Both the position numbers and the translations under genes were made by a program. Shown piece by piece: positions 28,280-37,346 of a DNA stretch of 64,000 bases; positions within the stretch are counted from its first letter, which is position 1; every line of letters begins with the position of its first letter. The stretch comes from an uncultured Microthrixaceae bacterium (GTDB lineage: Bacteria; Actinomycetota; Acidimicrobiia; Acidimicrobiales; VFJN01). Below the pieces are notes generated by a model. That model was given only the letters and a program-made list of their open reading frames with translations, made no database searches and was not told the origin of the DNA. The stretch is taken from assembly GCA_963727905.1 (NCBI GenBank), contig CAVSIC010000005.1:15696-79695 (forward strand). The letters run 5' to 3'.

Positions 28280-28324
28280 TAGCGCATCCGCACCAACCCC
28301 TTCGGGGCCTGACGGCCTGCCAAC

Positions 28325-29074
28325 ATGGGCGCCGTCATGGCGCCGAAGGTGTACATCCACGAGCTGATCGAGATCACCGGGCACCACCGCGCCCGGTACA
28401 TGCACCACATGACCGCGAACTGGTGCCCGATCGGGCGCGAGGAGCGGGACATGCTCTGCCTCGGCGTGTGGGCCACCCTCGGCTCCACCGGCCCGTGGCC
28501 GCAGGTCGTGAACATGTGGGAGCTCGACGGCTGGGACGCGCTGGCCGCCAACTTCGCCCACGAGACCGGCGGGGGTCAGGACCAGGACCCCTCGCTGGCC
28601 GAGTGGTGGAAGGAAGCGGCCGCCCTCCGCAACGGCGGGGTCGACCGGATCGTGGTGCCGACCCACTGGACCCGCACCGTCGAGCAGCTCTGTGCCGACG
28701 GGGTGCGCGGCGTCGCCTACGCCCACGAGCTCGTCACCCTCGCCCCCGGCACGGGCCCGGCCTTCCTCGAGGCCCTCGAGCGGGACGGCCTCGAGGCGGT
28801 GAGCGGCCTGGGCGTCGAGCCCGTCGGGGCCTACAGCGTGGCCATGGCCGACGACTCCGAGGTCGTGGTGCTGTGGGCGATGCCCGACTGGCCCACCTGG
28901 GTCGCCTACGAGGAGGCCTGGTTGCGGGGCGGGGCGCTGGGGCCGTGGCGGGACGACCTGCTCGGCCTCGGGGCCCGTTGGCGCCGGCAGCTGCTCGTCG
29001 ACTCGCCGCTGAACCCGCTCCGCACCGGCCGGCAGCCCCAGGTCGAGGACCGTCGCCCGCTCGACGAGCTGTGA
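28325..29074 (+). CDS. NIPSNAP-like protein (two tandem alpha+beta halves)
   Basis: 249-aa ORF. VYIHELIEITGHH...VVNMWELDGWDALAANF and a second half AYAHELVTLAPGTG...VVLWAMPDWPTWVAYEEAW resemble a duplicated NIPSNAP fold. Call from pattern only. Confidence 0.45.
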   Translation: MGAVMAPKVYIHELIEITGHHRARYMHHMTANWCPIGREERDMLCLGVWATLGSTGPWPQVVNMWELDGWDALAANFAHETGGGQDQDPSLAEWWKEAAALRNGGVDRIVVPTHWTRTVEQLCADGVRGVAYAHELVTLAPGTGPAFLEALERDGLEAVSGLGVEPVGAYSVAMADDSEVVVLWAMPDWPTWVAYEEAWLRGGALGPWRDDLLGLGARWRRQLLVDSPLNPLRTGRQPQVEDRRPLDEL

Positions 29075-29094
29075 CCGCGGCGCTGTGACCGCGG
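29069..29094 (+). repeat. 14-nt tandem duplication CTGTGACCGCGGCG / CTGTGACCGCGG at a gene junction
   Basis: Copy 1 (29069-29082) contains the TGA of the upstream gene. Copy 2 (from 29083) contains the GTG start (29085) of the next gene. Confidence 0.7.
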
Positions 29095-30179
29095 ATCGCG
29101 TCTACGGCGCACCCCTGGAGGGCGTCGACGTGGTGGTGGCGCCCACCGACCTCGCCTCGCTCCTGGCCGAGGCCCACTGGCGGATCCGCGGCCGCGAGCC
29201 CGGCATCCACCTGGGCGACGCGGTGGTCGTCGGCCGCGACGGCACCCCGCTCGAGGACCGCCCGCCGGCCGACCGATGGCGGGCGCCGGACGACGAGGTG
29301 GTCGACGCCCTGGCCCGGGCCGAGCGGCCGGTGGTCCTGGCCGGCCCCGGAGTGGTGCTCGACGGCGCCGTGCCCGGCCTCCACGCCCTCGCCGCCGGCG
29401 GCAGCCTGGGCGTCCTCAACACGTGGGGGGCCAAGGGGGCCTTCGACTGGCGCAGCCGCCACCACCTCGCCACCGCCGGCCTCCAGGCGCGCGACTTCGA
29501 GCTCGGCGGCCTGGGCGATGCCGACCTCATCGTGGCCACCGGGATCGACCCCAGGGAGGCCCTGACCGACTGGCGCCTCGCCCCGGTCGTGGAGGTCCAC
29601 CCGTGGGCGTTGGGGCCGCTCTCGGAGCGCGGCGGGCGGGCTCCGCAGCCCATCGTGCGGCCGCCGCTCTTCACCCGTCTGGCCGCCGTCACCCAGGCCG
29701 GGTGGGCGGCCACGCAGGCCCCTCTGCCGCCCACCAAGGTCACGCAGCACTACGGGCGGCGGCTGGGTGGTGGCGGGCTCGTGGCGGCCGACCCGGGCCT
29801 GGCCGGCTACTGGGTGGCCCGCACGCTCGGCACCACCGGTGTGGGCGGTGTGCTCGTGAGCGCCGACCGCGATGCCACCGGGTCGGGGCTGGCCGCCGCC
29901 ATCGTGGCCCGCCTGCTCGATCCCGGTCGGGCCGTCCTCGCCGTGAGCGAGGAGGTCACCGACGTGCACCGGGCCCTGCTCGACCTGGCGGCGTCGCTCG
30001 GCGTGACCGTCGCCCTCGAGGTGTGGGCCCCCGAGGGCCCGGCGATGGCGCCGGAGGACCACGAGGCCCGCTTGGACGACCTGGTGCGCCATGGCGGCGT
30101 GGGGGAGATCGGCACCGACCCGGCGCAGCTCGACGAGATGCTGCAGGTCGCCGGCCCCGTCGTCGCGTGGACCGCCTGA
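29085..30179 (+). CDS. thiamine-diphosphate-enzyme-like protein lacking the N-terminal PYR domain and the GDG Mg/ThDP motif (probable pseudoenzyme)
   Basis: 364-aa ORF. RPVVLAGPGVVLDGAVPGLHALAAGGSLGVLNTWGAKGAF...ADLIVATGID looks like the central domain of the acetolactate-synthase family. GSGLAAAIVARLLDPGRAVLAVSEE occupies the PP-domain position where GDG(S/A) is expected. Confidence 0.55.
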   Translation: MTADRVYGAPLEGVDVVVAPTDLASLLAEAHWRIRGREPGIHLGDAVVVGRDGTPLEDRPPADRWRAPDDEVVDALARAERPVVLAGPGVVLDGAVPGLHALAAGGSLGVLNTWGAKGAFDWRSRHHLATAGLQARDFELGGLGDADLIVATGIDPREALTDWRLAPVVEVHPWALGPLSERGGRAPQPIVRPPLFTRLAAVTQAGWAATQAPLPPTKVTQHYGRRLGGGGLVAADPGLAGYWVARTLGTTGVGGVLVSADRDATGSGLAAAIVARLLDPGRAVLAVSEEVTDVHRALLDLAASLGVTVALEVWAPEGPAMAPEDHEARLDDLVRHGGVGEIGTDPAQLDEMLQVAGPVVAWTA

Positions 30180-33100
30180 TGAGCCGGCCGGCACCGGTCG
30201 ACCGGACGACACCGCAGCCCAAGCCCCCCGGGTCCGGCGGATGGATCCGCCGGCTGTCGCCGTTCGTCCTCGCGCACCGGCGCGACGTCGTGCTGGCCTT
30301 CGGCATGTCGGTGGCCGGTCAGGCCGTCGGGGCCACCACCCCGGTGATCTCCAAGATCGTCATCGACGACGTGCTGCCCGACTCGGGTCGCTCGCTCGCC
30401 CCGTGGCTCACGCTGCTCGTCGTGTGCGGCCTGTTCGGGTTCGGCGCCGCCTACGTCCGCCGCTTCTTCGGAGGCCGGGTCGCGCTCGACGTGCAGTTCG
30501 ACCTGCGCAACGCGGTGTTCGAGCGCCTCCAGCGCCTCGACTTCGGCAGCCACGACCAGCTGCAGACCGGCCAGCTCGTGTCGCGCGCCTCCACCGACAT
30601 CGGTCTGCTCCAGGCCCTGCTGTCGTTCCTGCCGATCATGCTCGGCAACCTCGTCCTCTTCGTGGTGTCGCTGGGGGTGATGCTCTGGCTGTCGCCGCCG
30701 CTCACGCTCGTGGCCCTCGTGGCGGTGCCGCTGCTCATGGCCGTCGCCCTGCGCCTGCGCGGCACGGTGTTCCCCGCCTCGTGGGACGCGCAGCAGCGAG
30801 CCGGCGAGGTGGCCGGCGTCGTCGACGAGGCCGTCACCGGGGTGCGGGTGGTGAAGGGCTTCGGCCAGGAGGACCGCGAGCTGCACCACCTGGCCGACGC
30901 CGGGGCCGACCTGTTCCGGGCGCGCGTCCGCCTCATCCAGCTGCAGGCCCGCTACACGCCGACGCTGTCGTCGATCCCGGTGCTGGCTCAGGTGGCCGTG
31001 CTCGGGTTCGGCGGATGGCTGGCCATCGAGGGGAACATCACCCTCGGCGCGTTCCTGGCGTTCTCCTCGTACCTGGTGCAGCTGGTGGCGCCCGTGCGGA
31101 TGTTCGCCACCCTCATCGCGGTGGGCCAGCAGGCGCGAGCCGGGGCCGAGCGGCTCCTCGACGTGCTCGACGCCAACCCGATGGTGGCCGAGCGGCCCGA
31201 CGCACCGGACTTGCCGCCCGTCACCGGGGCGGTGCGCTTCGACCGCGTCCGCTTCGGCTACACCCGCTCCGCGCCGGTGCTCGACGGGTTCGACCTCGAG
31301 GTCGGCGCCGGGGAGACCGTGGCCCTCGTGGGCGGCAGCGGCTCGGGGAAGTCCACGGTGGCGCTGCTGCTGCCCCGGTTCTACGACGTGGCCGAGGGCG
31401 CCATCACCATCGACGGCATCGACGTGCGCGACGTCACCTTCGACTCGCTGCGGGGCCAGGTGGGCGTCGTGTTCGAGGAGTCGTTCCTCTTCTCCGACAC
31501 GGTGTGGTCGAACATCGCCTACGGCCGGCCCGACGCGACCGACGAGGAGGTGCAGGCCGCCGCCCGCGTCGCGGAGGCCGAGGAGTTCATCGACGCCCTG
31601 CCCGACGGCTACCAGACGGTCGTGGGGGAGCGGGGCCTCACCCTGTCCGGCGGCCAGCGCCAGCGCATCGCCCTGGCCCGGGCGATCATCACCGACCCCC
31701 GGATCCTGATCCTCGACGACGCCACGTCGTCGATCGACAGCACGACCGAGGAGGAGATCCACGCCACGCTGCGTCACGTGATGCAGGGGCGCACCACGCT
31801 CCTCGTGGCCCACCGGCGCTCGACGCTCCGCCTGGCCGACCGCATCGTGCTGGTCGACCGGGGCCGCGTGGTCGACCAGGGCTCGCACGACGAGCTCGTG
31901 GCCCGCTCGCAGCTCTACCGGGACCTGTTGTCGGGCCCGGAGGACGGCTCGATCGACATCCCCGTCCCGTCGGCGCCGGTGGCCGTGTCCGACCGAGACC
32001 GGCTGTGGCCCTACGAGGCCGTCGACCCGGACGGCCCGAAGGCCAAGGCCACCGCCGACGGCGTGGCCCGCATCGGGCCGCCCGGGGGCGGGGGAGCCAT
32101 CGGCATGGCCCTGGCCCCCACCCCCGAGCTGCTCGCCGCGCTGGCGAAGCTGCCCCCGGCCGACAGCGACCCTGACGTCGACGTCGCCGCCGAGGCCGCC
32201 GCCCCCGCCGATCGCTTCCGGCTCCGGTCGTTCGTGCAGCCCTACCGGGCGGCCCTCGGCCTCGGCTTCGCGCTCGTGGTCCTCGACACGATCCTCACGC
32301 TCCTCGGCCCGTTCTTCGTCCGCCAGGGCCTCGACCACGGCGTGCGCAACGGCGACCTCGGCGCGCTCCGGCTCGCCACCGGGCTCTTCCTCCTCGCCGC
32401 GCTGGGCGACTGGCTCCTCACGTTCCTCTACACCCTGGTCACCGGCCGCACCGCGGAGCGCCTGCTCTACGCGCTGCGCATCCGGATCTTCAGCCACCTC
32501 CAGCGCCTCGCCCTCGACTTCTACGACCGCGAGCTCGCCGGCCGCGTGATGACCCGCATGACCACCGACGTCGAGTCGCTCTCGCAGCTGTTGCAGCAGG
32601 GGCTCATCAACGCCGTGGTCAACGTGTTCACCTGCATCGGCGTGTTCGTGTTCCTGGTGATCCTGTCGCCACCGCTGGCCCTGGCCGCGGCCGCGGTGCT
32701 CCCCCCGCTGGTGATCGCCACCTGGTGGTACCGCCGGCTCTCGAGCCGGGCCTACCAGCGGGCCCGCGAGTCCATCGCCACCGTGAACGCCAACCTGCAG
32801 GAGAGCCTCTCCGGGGTGCGGGTGGCCCAGGCCTACTCCCGCGAGGACAAGAACATCGGCGGCTTCAAGTCGCTCAACAGCCAGTACCTGGCCGACCGCA
32901 CCGTGGCCCAGCGCCTCATCGCGTTCTACTTCCCGTTCGTGCTCCTGTTGGCCGACCTCGCCGCCGCCATCGTGCTCGGCCGAGGCGTGGGGCTGGTGCA
33001 GGACGGCACGATCGAGCCGGGCGTGCTCATCGCGTTCCTCCTCTACCTCAACCTGTTCTTCGCGCCGATCCAGCAGCTCTCGGCGGTGTTCGACATCTGG

Positions 33101-33949
33101 CAGCAGGCCAGCGCGTCGATGGAGAAGATCGACGAGCTCATGGGCACGCCCACCAGCACGCCCCAAGCCATCGACCCGCGGCCGGTCGGCGAGCTGCAGG
33201 GGGCGATCCGGTTCGAAGGGGTGCGCTTCCGCTACCCGGGCACCGTCGGCGCTGAGGCGCTCACCGGCGTGGACGTGGAGATCCGGCCGGGGGAGACCGT
33301 GGCGCTCGTCGGCGAGACCGGCGCGGGCAAGTCGACCCTCGTGAAGCTCGTGGCCCGCTACTACGACCCGACCGACGGCCGGGTCACGGTCGACGGGGTC
33401 GACCTGCGGGAGCTCGACCTCGGCCAGTACCGGCGCCGGCTCGGCGTGGTGCCGCAGGAGGCGTTCCTGTTCACGGGGACCATCCGGGACAACATCGCCT
33501 ACGGCCGCCCCGACGCCACCGACGACGAGGTCGAGGCCGCCGCCGTGGCCGTCGGTGCCGACGAGCTCGTGGCCTCGCTCCCGCACGGGTTCCTCACGGA
33601 GGTCACCGAGCGGGGCCGGAGCCTGTCGGCGGGCCAGCGGCAGCTCATCGCCCTCGCCCGGGCCCGGCTCGTCGACCCGGCCATCCTCCTGCTCGACGAG
33701 GCCACCTCGAACCTCGACCTGGCCAGCGAGGCGCGCGTGCAGCGGGCCATGGGCGTGGTCGCCCGCGGGCGCACCACGCTGCTCGTCGCCCACCGCCTCC
33801 CGACGGCCCGGACCGCCGACCGCATCCTCGTGGTGGACGGCGGCCACATCGCCGAGGAGGGCACCCACGACGAGCTCGTGGCCCGCGGCGGCCGGTACGC
33901 CGCGCTCTGGTCGTCGTTCGCCGTGGACACCGGTGGCCGGCCGGGTTGA
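30179..33949 (+). CDS. fused full-length ABC exporter (TMD-NBD-TMD-NBD, 1256 aa; M. tuberculosis Rv0194-like architecture)
   Basis: ATG overlaps the upstream TGA (TGATG at 30177-30181). Two complete halves. First half: Walker A GGSGSGKST, LSGGQRQRIALARAI, ILILDDATSSID. Second half: GETGAGKST, LSAGQRQLIALARA, ILLLDEATSNLD. The long minus-strand ORF across it is an antisense artefact. Confidence 0.9.
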   Translation: MSRPAPVDRTTPQPKPPGSGGWIRRLSPFVLAHRRDVVLAFGMSVAGQAVGATTPVISKIVIDDVLPDSGRSLAPWLTLLVVCGLFGFGAAYVRRFFGGRVALDVQFDLRNAVFERLQRLDFGSHDQLQTGQLVSRASTDIGLLQALLSFLPIMLGNLVLFVVSLGVMLWLSPPLTLVALVAVPLLMAVALRLRGTVFPASWDAQQRAGEVAGVVDEAVTGVRVVKGFGQEDRELHHLADAGADLFRARVRLIQLQARYTPTLSSIPVLAQVAVLGFGGWLAIEGNITLGAFLAFSSYLVQLVAPVRMFATLIAVGQQARAGAERLLDVLDANPMVAERPDAPDLPPVTGAVRFDRVRFGYTRSAPVLDGFDLEVGAGETVALVGGSGSGKSTVALLLPRFYDVAEGAITIDGIDVRDVTFDSLRGQVGVVFEESFLFSDTVWSNIAYGRPDATDEEVQAAARVAEAEEFIDALPDGYQTVVGERGLTLSGGQRQRIALARAIITDPRILILDDATSSIDSTTEEEIHATLRHVMQGRTTLLVAHRRSTLRLADRIVLVDRGRVVDQGSHDELVARSQLYRDLLSGPEDGSIDIPVPSAPVAVSDRDRLWPYEAVDPDGPKAKATADGVARIGPPGGGGAIGMALAPTPELLAALAKLPPADSDPDVDVAAEAAAPADRFRLRSFVQPYRAALGLGFALVVLDTILTLLGPFFVRQGLDHGVRNGDLGALRLATGLFLLAALGDWLLTFLYTLVTGRTAERLLYALRIRIFSHLQRLALDFYDRELAGRVMTRMTTDVESLSQLLQQGLINAVVNVFTCIGVFVFLVILSPPLALAAAAVLPPLVIATWWYRRLSSRAYQRARESIATVNANLQESLSGVRVAQAYSREDKNIGGFKSLNSQYLADRTVAQRLIAFYFPFVLLLADLAAAIVLGRGVGLVQDGTIEPGVLIAFLLYLNLFFAPIQQLSAVFDIWQQASASMEKIDELMGTPTSTPQAIDPRPVGELQGAIRFEGVRFRYPGTVGAEALTGVDVEIRPGETVALVGETGAGKSTLVKLVARYYDPTDGRVTVDGVDLRELDLGQYRRRLGVVPQEAFLFTGTIRDNIAYGRPDATDDEVEAAAVAVGADELVASLPHGFLTEVTERGRSLSAGQRQLIALARARLVDPAILLLDEATSNLDLASEARVQRAMGVVARGRTTLLVAHRLPTARTADRILVVDGGHIAEEGTHDELVARGGRYAALWSSFAVDTGGRPG

Positions 33950-33969
33950 GCCCGGGCTCGGTCGGGTAG
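33943..33969 (+). promoter_or_regulatory. weak candidate sigmaB/F-type promoter GGGTTG-N15-GGGTAG
   Basis: GGGTTG at 33943-33948 and GGGTAG at 33964-33969. The GTG start of the next gene is 9 nt further on. The -35 deviates from GTTT. Confidence 0.2.
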
Positions 33970-33978
33970 CGGCCCATC

Positions 33979-34491
33979 GTGCCTGACGAGCTGAAGACCC
34001 CCATCCCCACAGACAACGAACCCGGTCACCATCCCGACGTGGAGCAGGACAAGCCCGACCTCCGGCAGGCGCGGGCCAAGGCGAAGCAGCTGCGCGTCCA
34101 GCCGCACGTCTTCGAGTTCGCCTTCGACGGCGCGTTCCGCTGGGCCGCCCGGCCGCTGGGCATCACGCCGGCGACCGCGTCCGTGGAGGTCGACGACGAC
34201 CGCCTCGTGGCCCGCTTCGGTCGCTGGCGGGCCGAGATCGATCGGTCGAACATCACCGGCGCCGAGGTGAGCGGCCCGTACAACCTGCTGAAGACCATCG
34301 GCCCACCGCATCTCAGCTTCGCCGACCGCGGCATCACCTTCGCCACCAACCGCCGCCAGGGCGTCTGCATCCGCCTGGCGACGCCGATCAAGGCCATGGA
34401 GCCGCTCGGCGTCCTGCGCCACCCGTCGATCACCCTCACGGTTGACCGACCGCAGGAGCTGGCCAACCTCCTCCTCGGCCGCGCCGCCTGA
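33979..34491 (+). CDS. hypothetical protein (170 aa)
   Basis: Track ORF with GC3-rich codon usage. No family recognised. Confidence 0.5.
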   Translation: MPDELKTPIPTDNEPGHHPDVEQDKPDLRQARAKAKQLRVQPHVFEFAFDGAFRWAARPLGITPATASVEVDDDRLVARFGRWRAEIDRSNITGAEVSGPYNLLKTIGPPHLSFADRGITFATNRRQGVCIRLATPIKAMEPLGVLRHPSITLTVDRPQELANLLLGRAA

Positions 34492-34541
34492 TCCCGCCGT
34501 TCTAGATTCCCCCCGGGACTCGATTCCAAGGGGGACCAGTC

Positions 34542-36185
<1,644 letters not shown>

Positions 36186-36223
36186 TCGCGCTTACCAGCA
36201 GGGCTGACGGTATTGTCGCGCCC

Positions 36224-36502
36224 ATGCTCTACGTCGTGTTCTACGAGACCAACCCCGACGCGCTCGACCGCATCGAGGAGCACTTCCCCGCCCACTGCGC
36301 CCGGTGGAGCGTGTACGCCGAGGCCGGCACGCTCCTGATGATCGGGCCCTTCTCGGACGTCACCCGTGGGGCCATGGGGATCTTCACCACCCGTGAGGCC
36401 GCGGACACCTTCGTCGACGGCGACCCGTTCATCCTCCACGGCGTCGTGAGGTCGTGGCGCATCGAGGAGTGGAACGAGGTGCTCGGGTCGGCTGGACCAT
36501 GA
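36224..36502 (+). CDS. YciI-like small protein
   Basis: 92-aa ORF. ...GTLLMIGPFSD...GAMGIFTTREAADTFVDGDPFILHGVV..WRIEEW fits the YCII-related domain pattern. Confidence 0.65.
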   Translation: MLYVVFYETNPDALDRIEEHFPAHCARWSVYAEAGTLLMIGPFSDVTRGAMGIFTTREAADTFVDGDPFILHGVVRSWRIEEWNEVLGSAGP

Positions 36503-36509
36503 TCGGGGG

Positions 36510-37346
36510 ATGCGCCCCCCGTTGGCCGAACCGGCCGCCCGCTACCTCGACCTGCTCGCCGGCTGCCTGACCCGCGACCTCTTCCTCGACGAGGAGGTGC
36601 GGAACGTCGACCTGCGGAGCTGGCCCGGGGGTGAGCCCGCCGGGCTCCGGGACCTGCTCCGCGGCGAGGGCTGGCGCGTCGTGCGCCCGGGTGCCGACCG
36701 CGACGTGCGGGCGGTGGGCAACGACTGGCCGCCGCACGCCGAGACGATGGTCGGCCTGGCCCGGCTGGCCAACGTCCTCGACTGCACGTCGCGCGCCATC
36801 GTCGACGGCGTCCCCGGCGACCTGGTGGAGACCGGGGTGTGGCGCGGCGGCACCGCCATCTACCTCCGGGCGATCCTCGCCGCGCTCGGCGACGAGACCC
36901 GCACGGTGTGGGCGTGCGACTCGTTCGAGGGGCTGCCCGAGGCCGACGCCGACCGCTATCCGATGGACGTCGAGATGCGGTTCCACGAGTACCCGGAGCT
37001 GGCCGTCGGCGTGGAGCGGGTGCAGGCCGCCTTCGAGCGCTACGGGCTGCTCGACGACCGGGTGCGGTTCGTCCAGGGCTGGTTCCGCGACACCCTCCCC
37101 GGGGTGGCCAAGGAGATCGGGCCCATCGCCGTGCTCCGGCTCGACGGCGACATGTACGAGTCCACGATGGACGCGCTCACGCACCTCGAGCCGCTGGTGT
37201 CACCCGGGGGCTTCGTCCTCGTCGACGACTACGGGGGCATCGACGCCTGCCGTCGGGCCGTCCACGACCACCGCGACCGCTGCGGGATCACCGCCCCCAT
37301 CCACGAGGTCGACTGGACCGCCGTCTGGTGGCGCAAGCCCGCCTGA
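36510..37346 (+). CDS. TylF/MycF-family (macrocin-O-methyltransferase-like) SAM-dependent methyltransferase
   Basis: 278-aa ORF. GDLVETGVWRGGTAIYLRA, VWACDSFEGLPE and AVLRLDGDMYESTMDAL are TylF-family hallmarks. Confidence 0.8.
   Translation: MRPPLAEPAARYLDLLAGCLTRDLFLDEEVRNVDLRSWPGGEPAGLRDLLRGEGWRVVRPGADRDVRAVGNDWPPHAETMVGLARLANVLDCTSRAIVDGVPGDLVETGVWRGGTAIYLRAILAALGDETRTVWACDSFEGLPEADADRYPMDVEMRFHEYPELAVGVERVQAAFERYGLLDDRVRFVQGWFRDTLPGVAKEIGPIAVLRLDGDMYESTMDALTHLEPLVSPGGFVLVDDYGGIDACRRAVHDHRDRCGITAPIHEVDWTAVWWRKPA

Larger units (their letters stand above)
20675..28282 (+). pseudogene. giant (about 2500 aa) secreted, LPXTG-anchored repeat protein: about 14 Gly/Asn/Thr/Ser/Ala-rich modules plus PGRS-like Gly spacers; frame interrupted at least 10 times as sequenced
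   Basis: ATG 20675 opens MGNTPSAPNRRLVRSLLLTLSGGVALSFASQATAHA/QD (Sec signal). The same module (...SDGSAxVxTGxAxAxGNxSxTxxxQ ... PQTAxVxNxGxGxAxTGxNxAxGNxSxNxAxxxQTxT) recurs through track ORFs 20606-23893, 22462-24564, 24234-24890, 24622-25434, 25329-26561 and 26336-28282 in changing frames. The last piece ends ...TTPGLPRTGGPLEVEAAIGLMLLLAGFGFRRQAKNAFRA. Frame changes lie near 22440 and 24200, with several between 24850 and 26500. Confidence 0.8.

Noticed and set aside
28297-28308. Terminator after the giant gene (CCCC-TTC-GGGG)
   Set aside because: It has only a 4-bp stem and no U-tract, which is too weak to call.
29807-33868. 1353-aa minus-strand ORF; likewise 13173-15464, 15491-17647, 42626-45169, 49138-50979, 10840-12591 and 1137-2201 (beyond 1484)
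   Set aside because: Long stop-free antisense or off-frame ORFs are expected at this G+C content. Their products are Arg/Gly/Pro/His-rich low-complexity strings. The opposite-strand or alternative-frame genes carry unambiguous ABC, ligase, PAS or other motifs.
33948-33959. 12-nt palindrome GAGCCCGGGCTC overlapping the stop of the fused ABC exporter
   Set aside because: As RNA it leaves no viable loop. As DNA it is short and GC-only, and such palindromes are expected by chance in this composition.
34505-34541. TCCCCC...GGGGGA complementarity that could mask the SD of the acyl-CoA synthetase gene
   Set aside because: It is a 6-bp stem with a 15-nt loop. It is marginal in stability and I cannot assess its conservation here.
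36186-36223. GCTTAC-N14-GGTATT upstream of the YciI-like gene as a sigmaB/F-type promoter
   Set aside because: Both half-sites deviate from the consensus (GCTT for GTTT, GGTAT for GGGTA). It is not distinguishable from chance.
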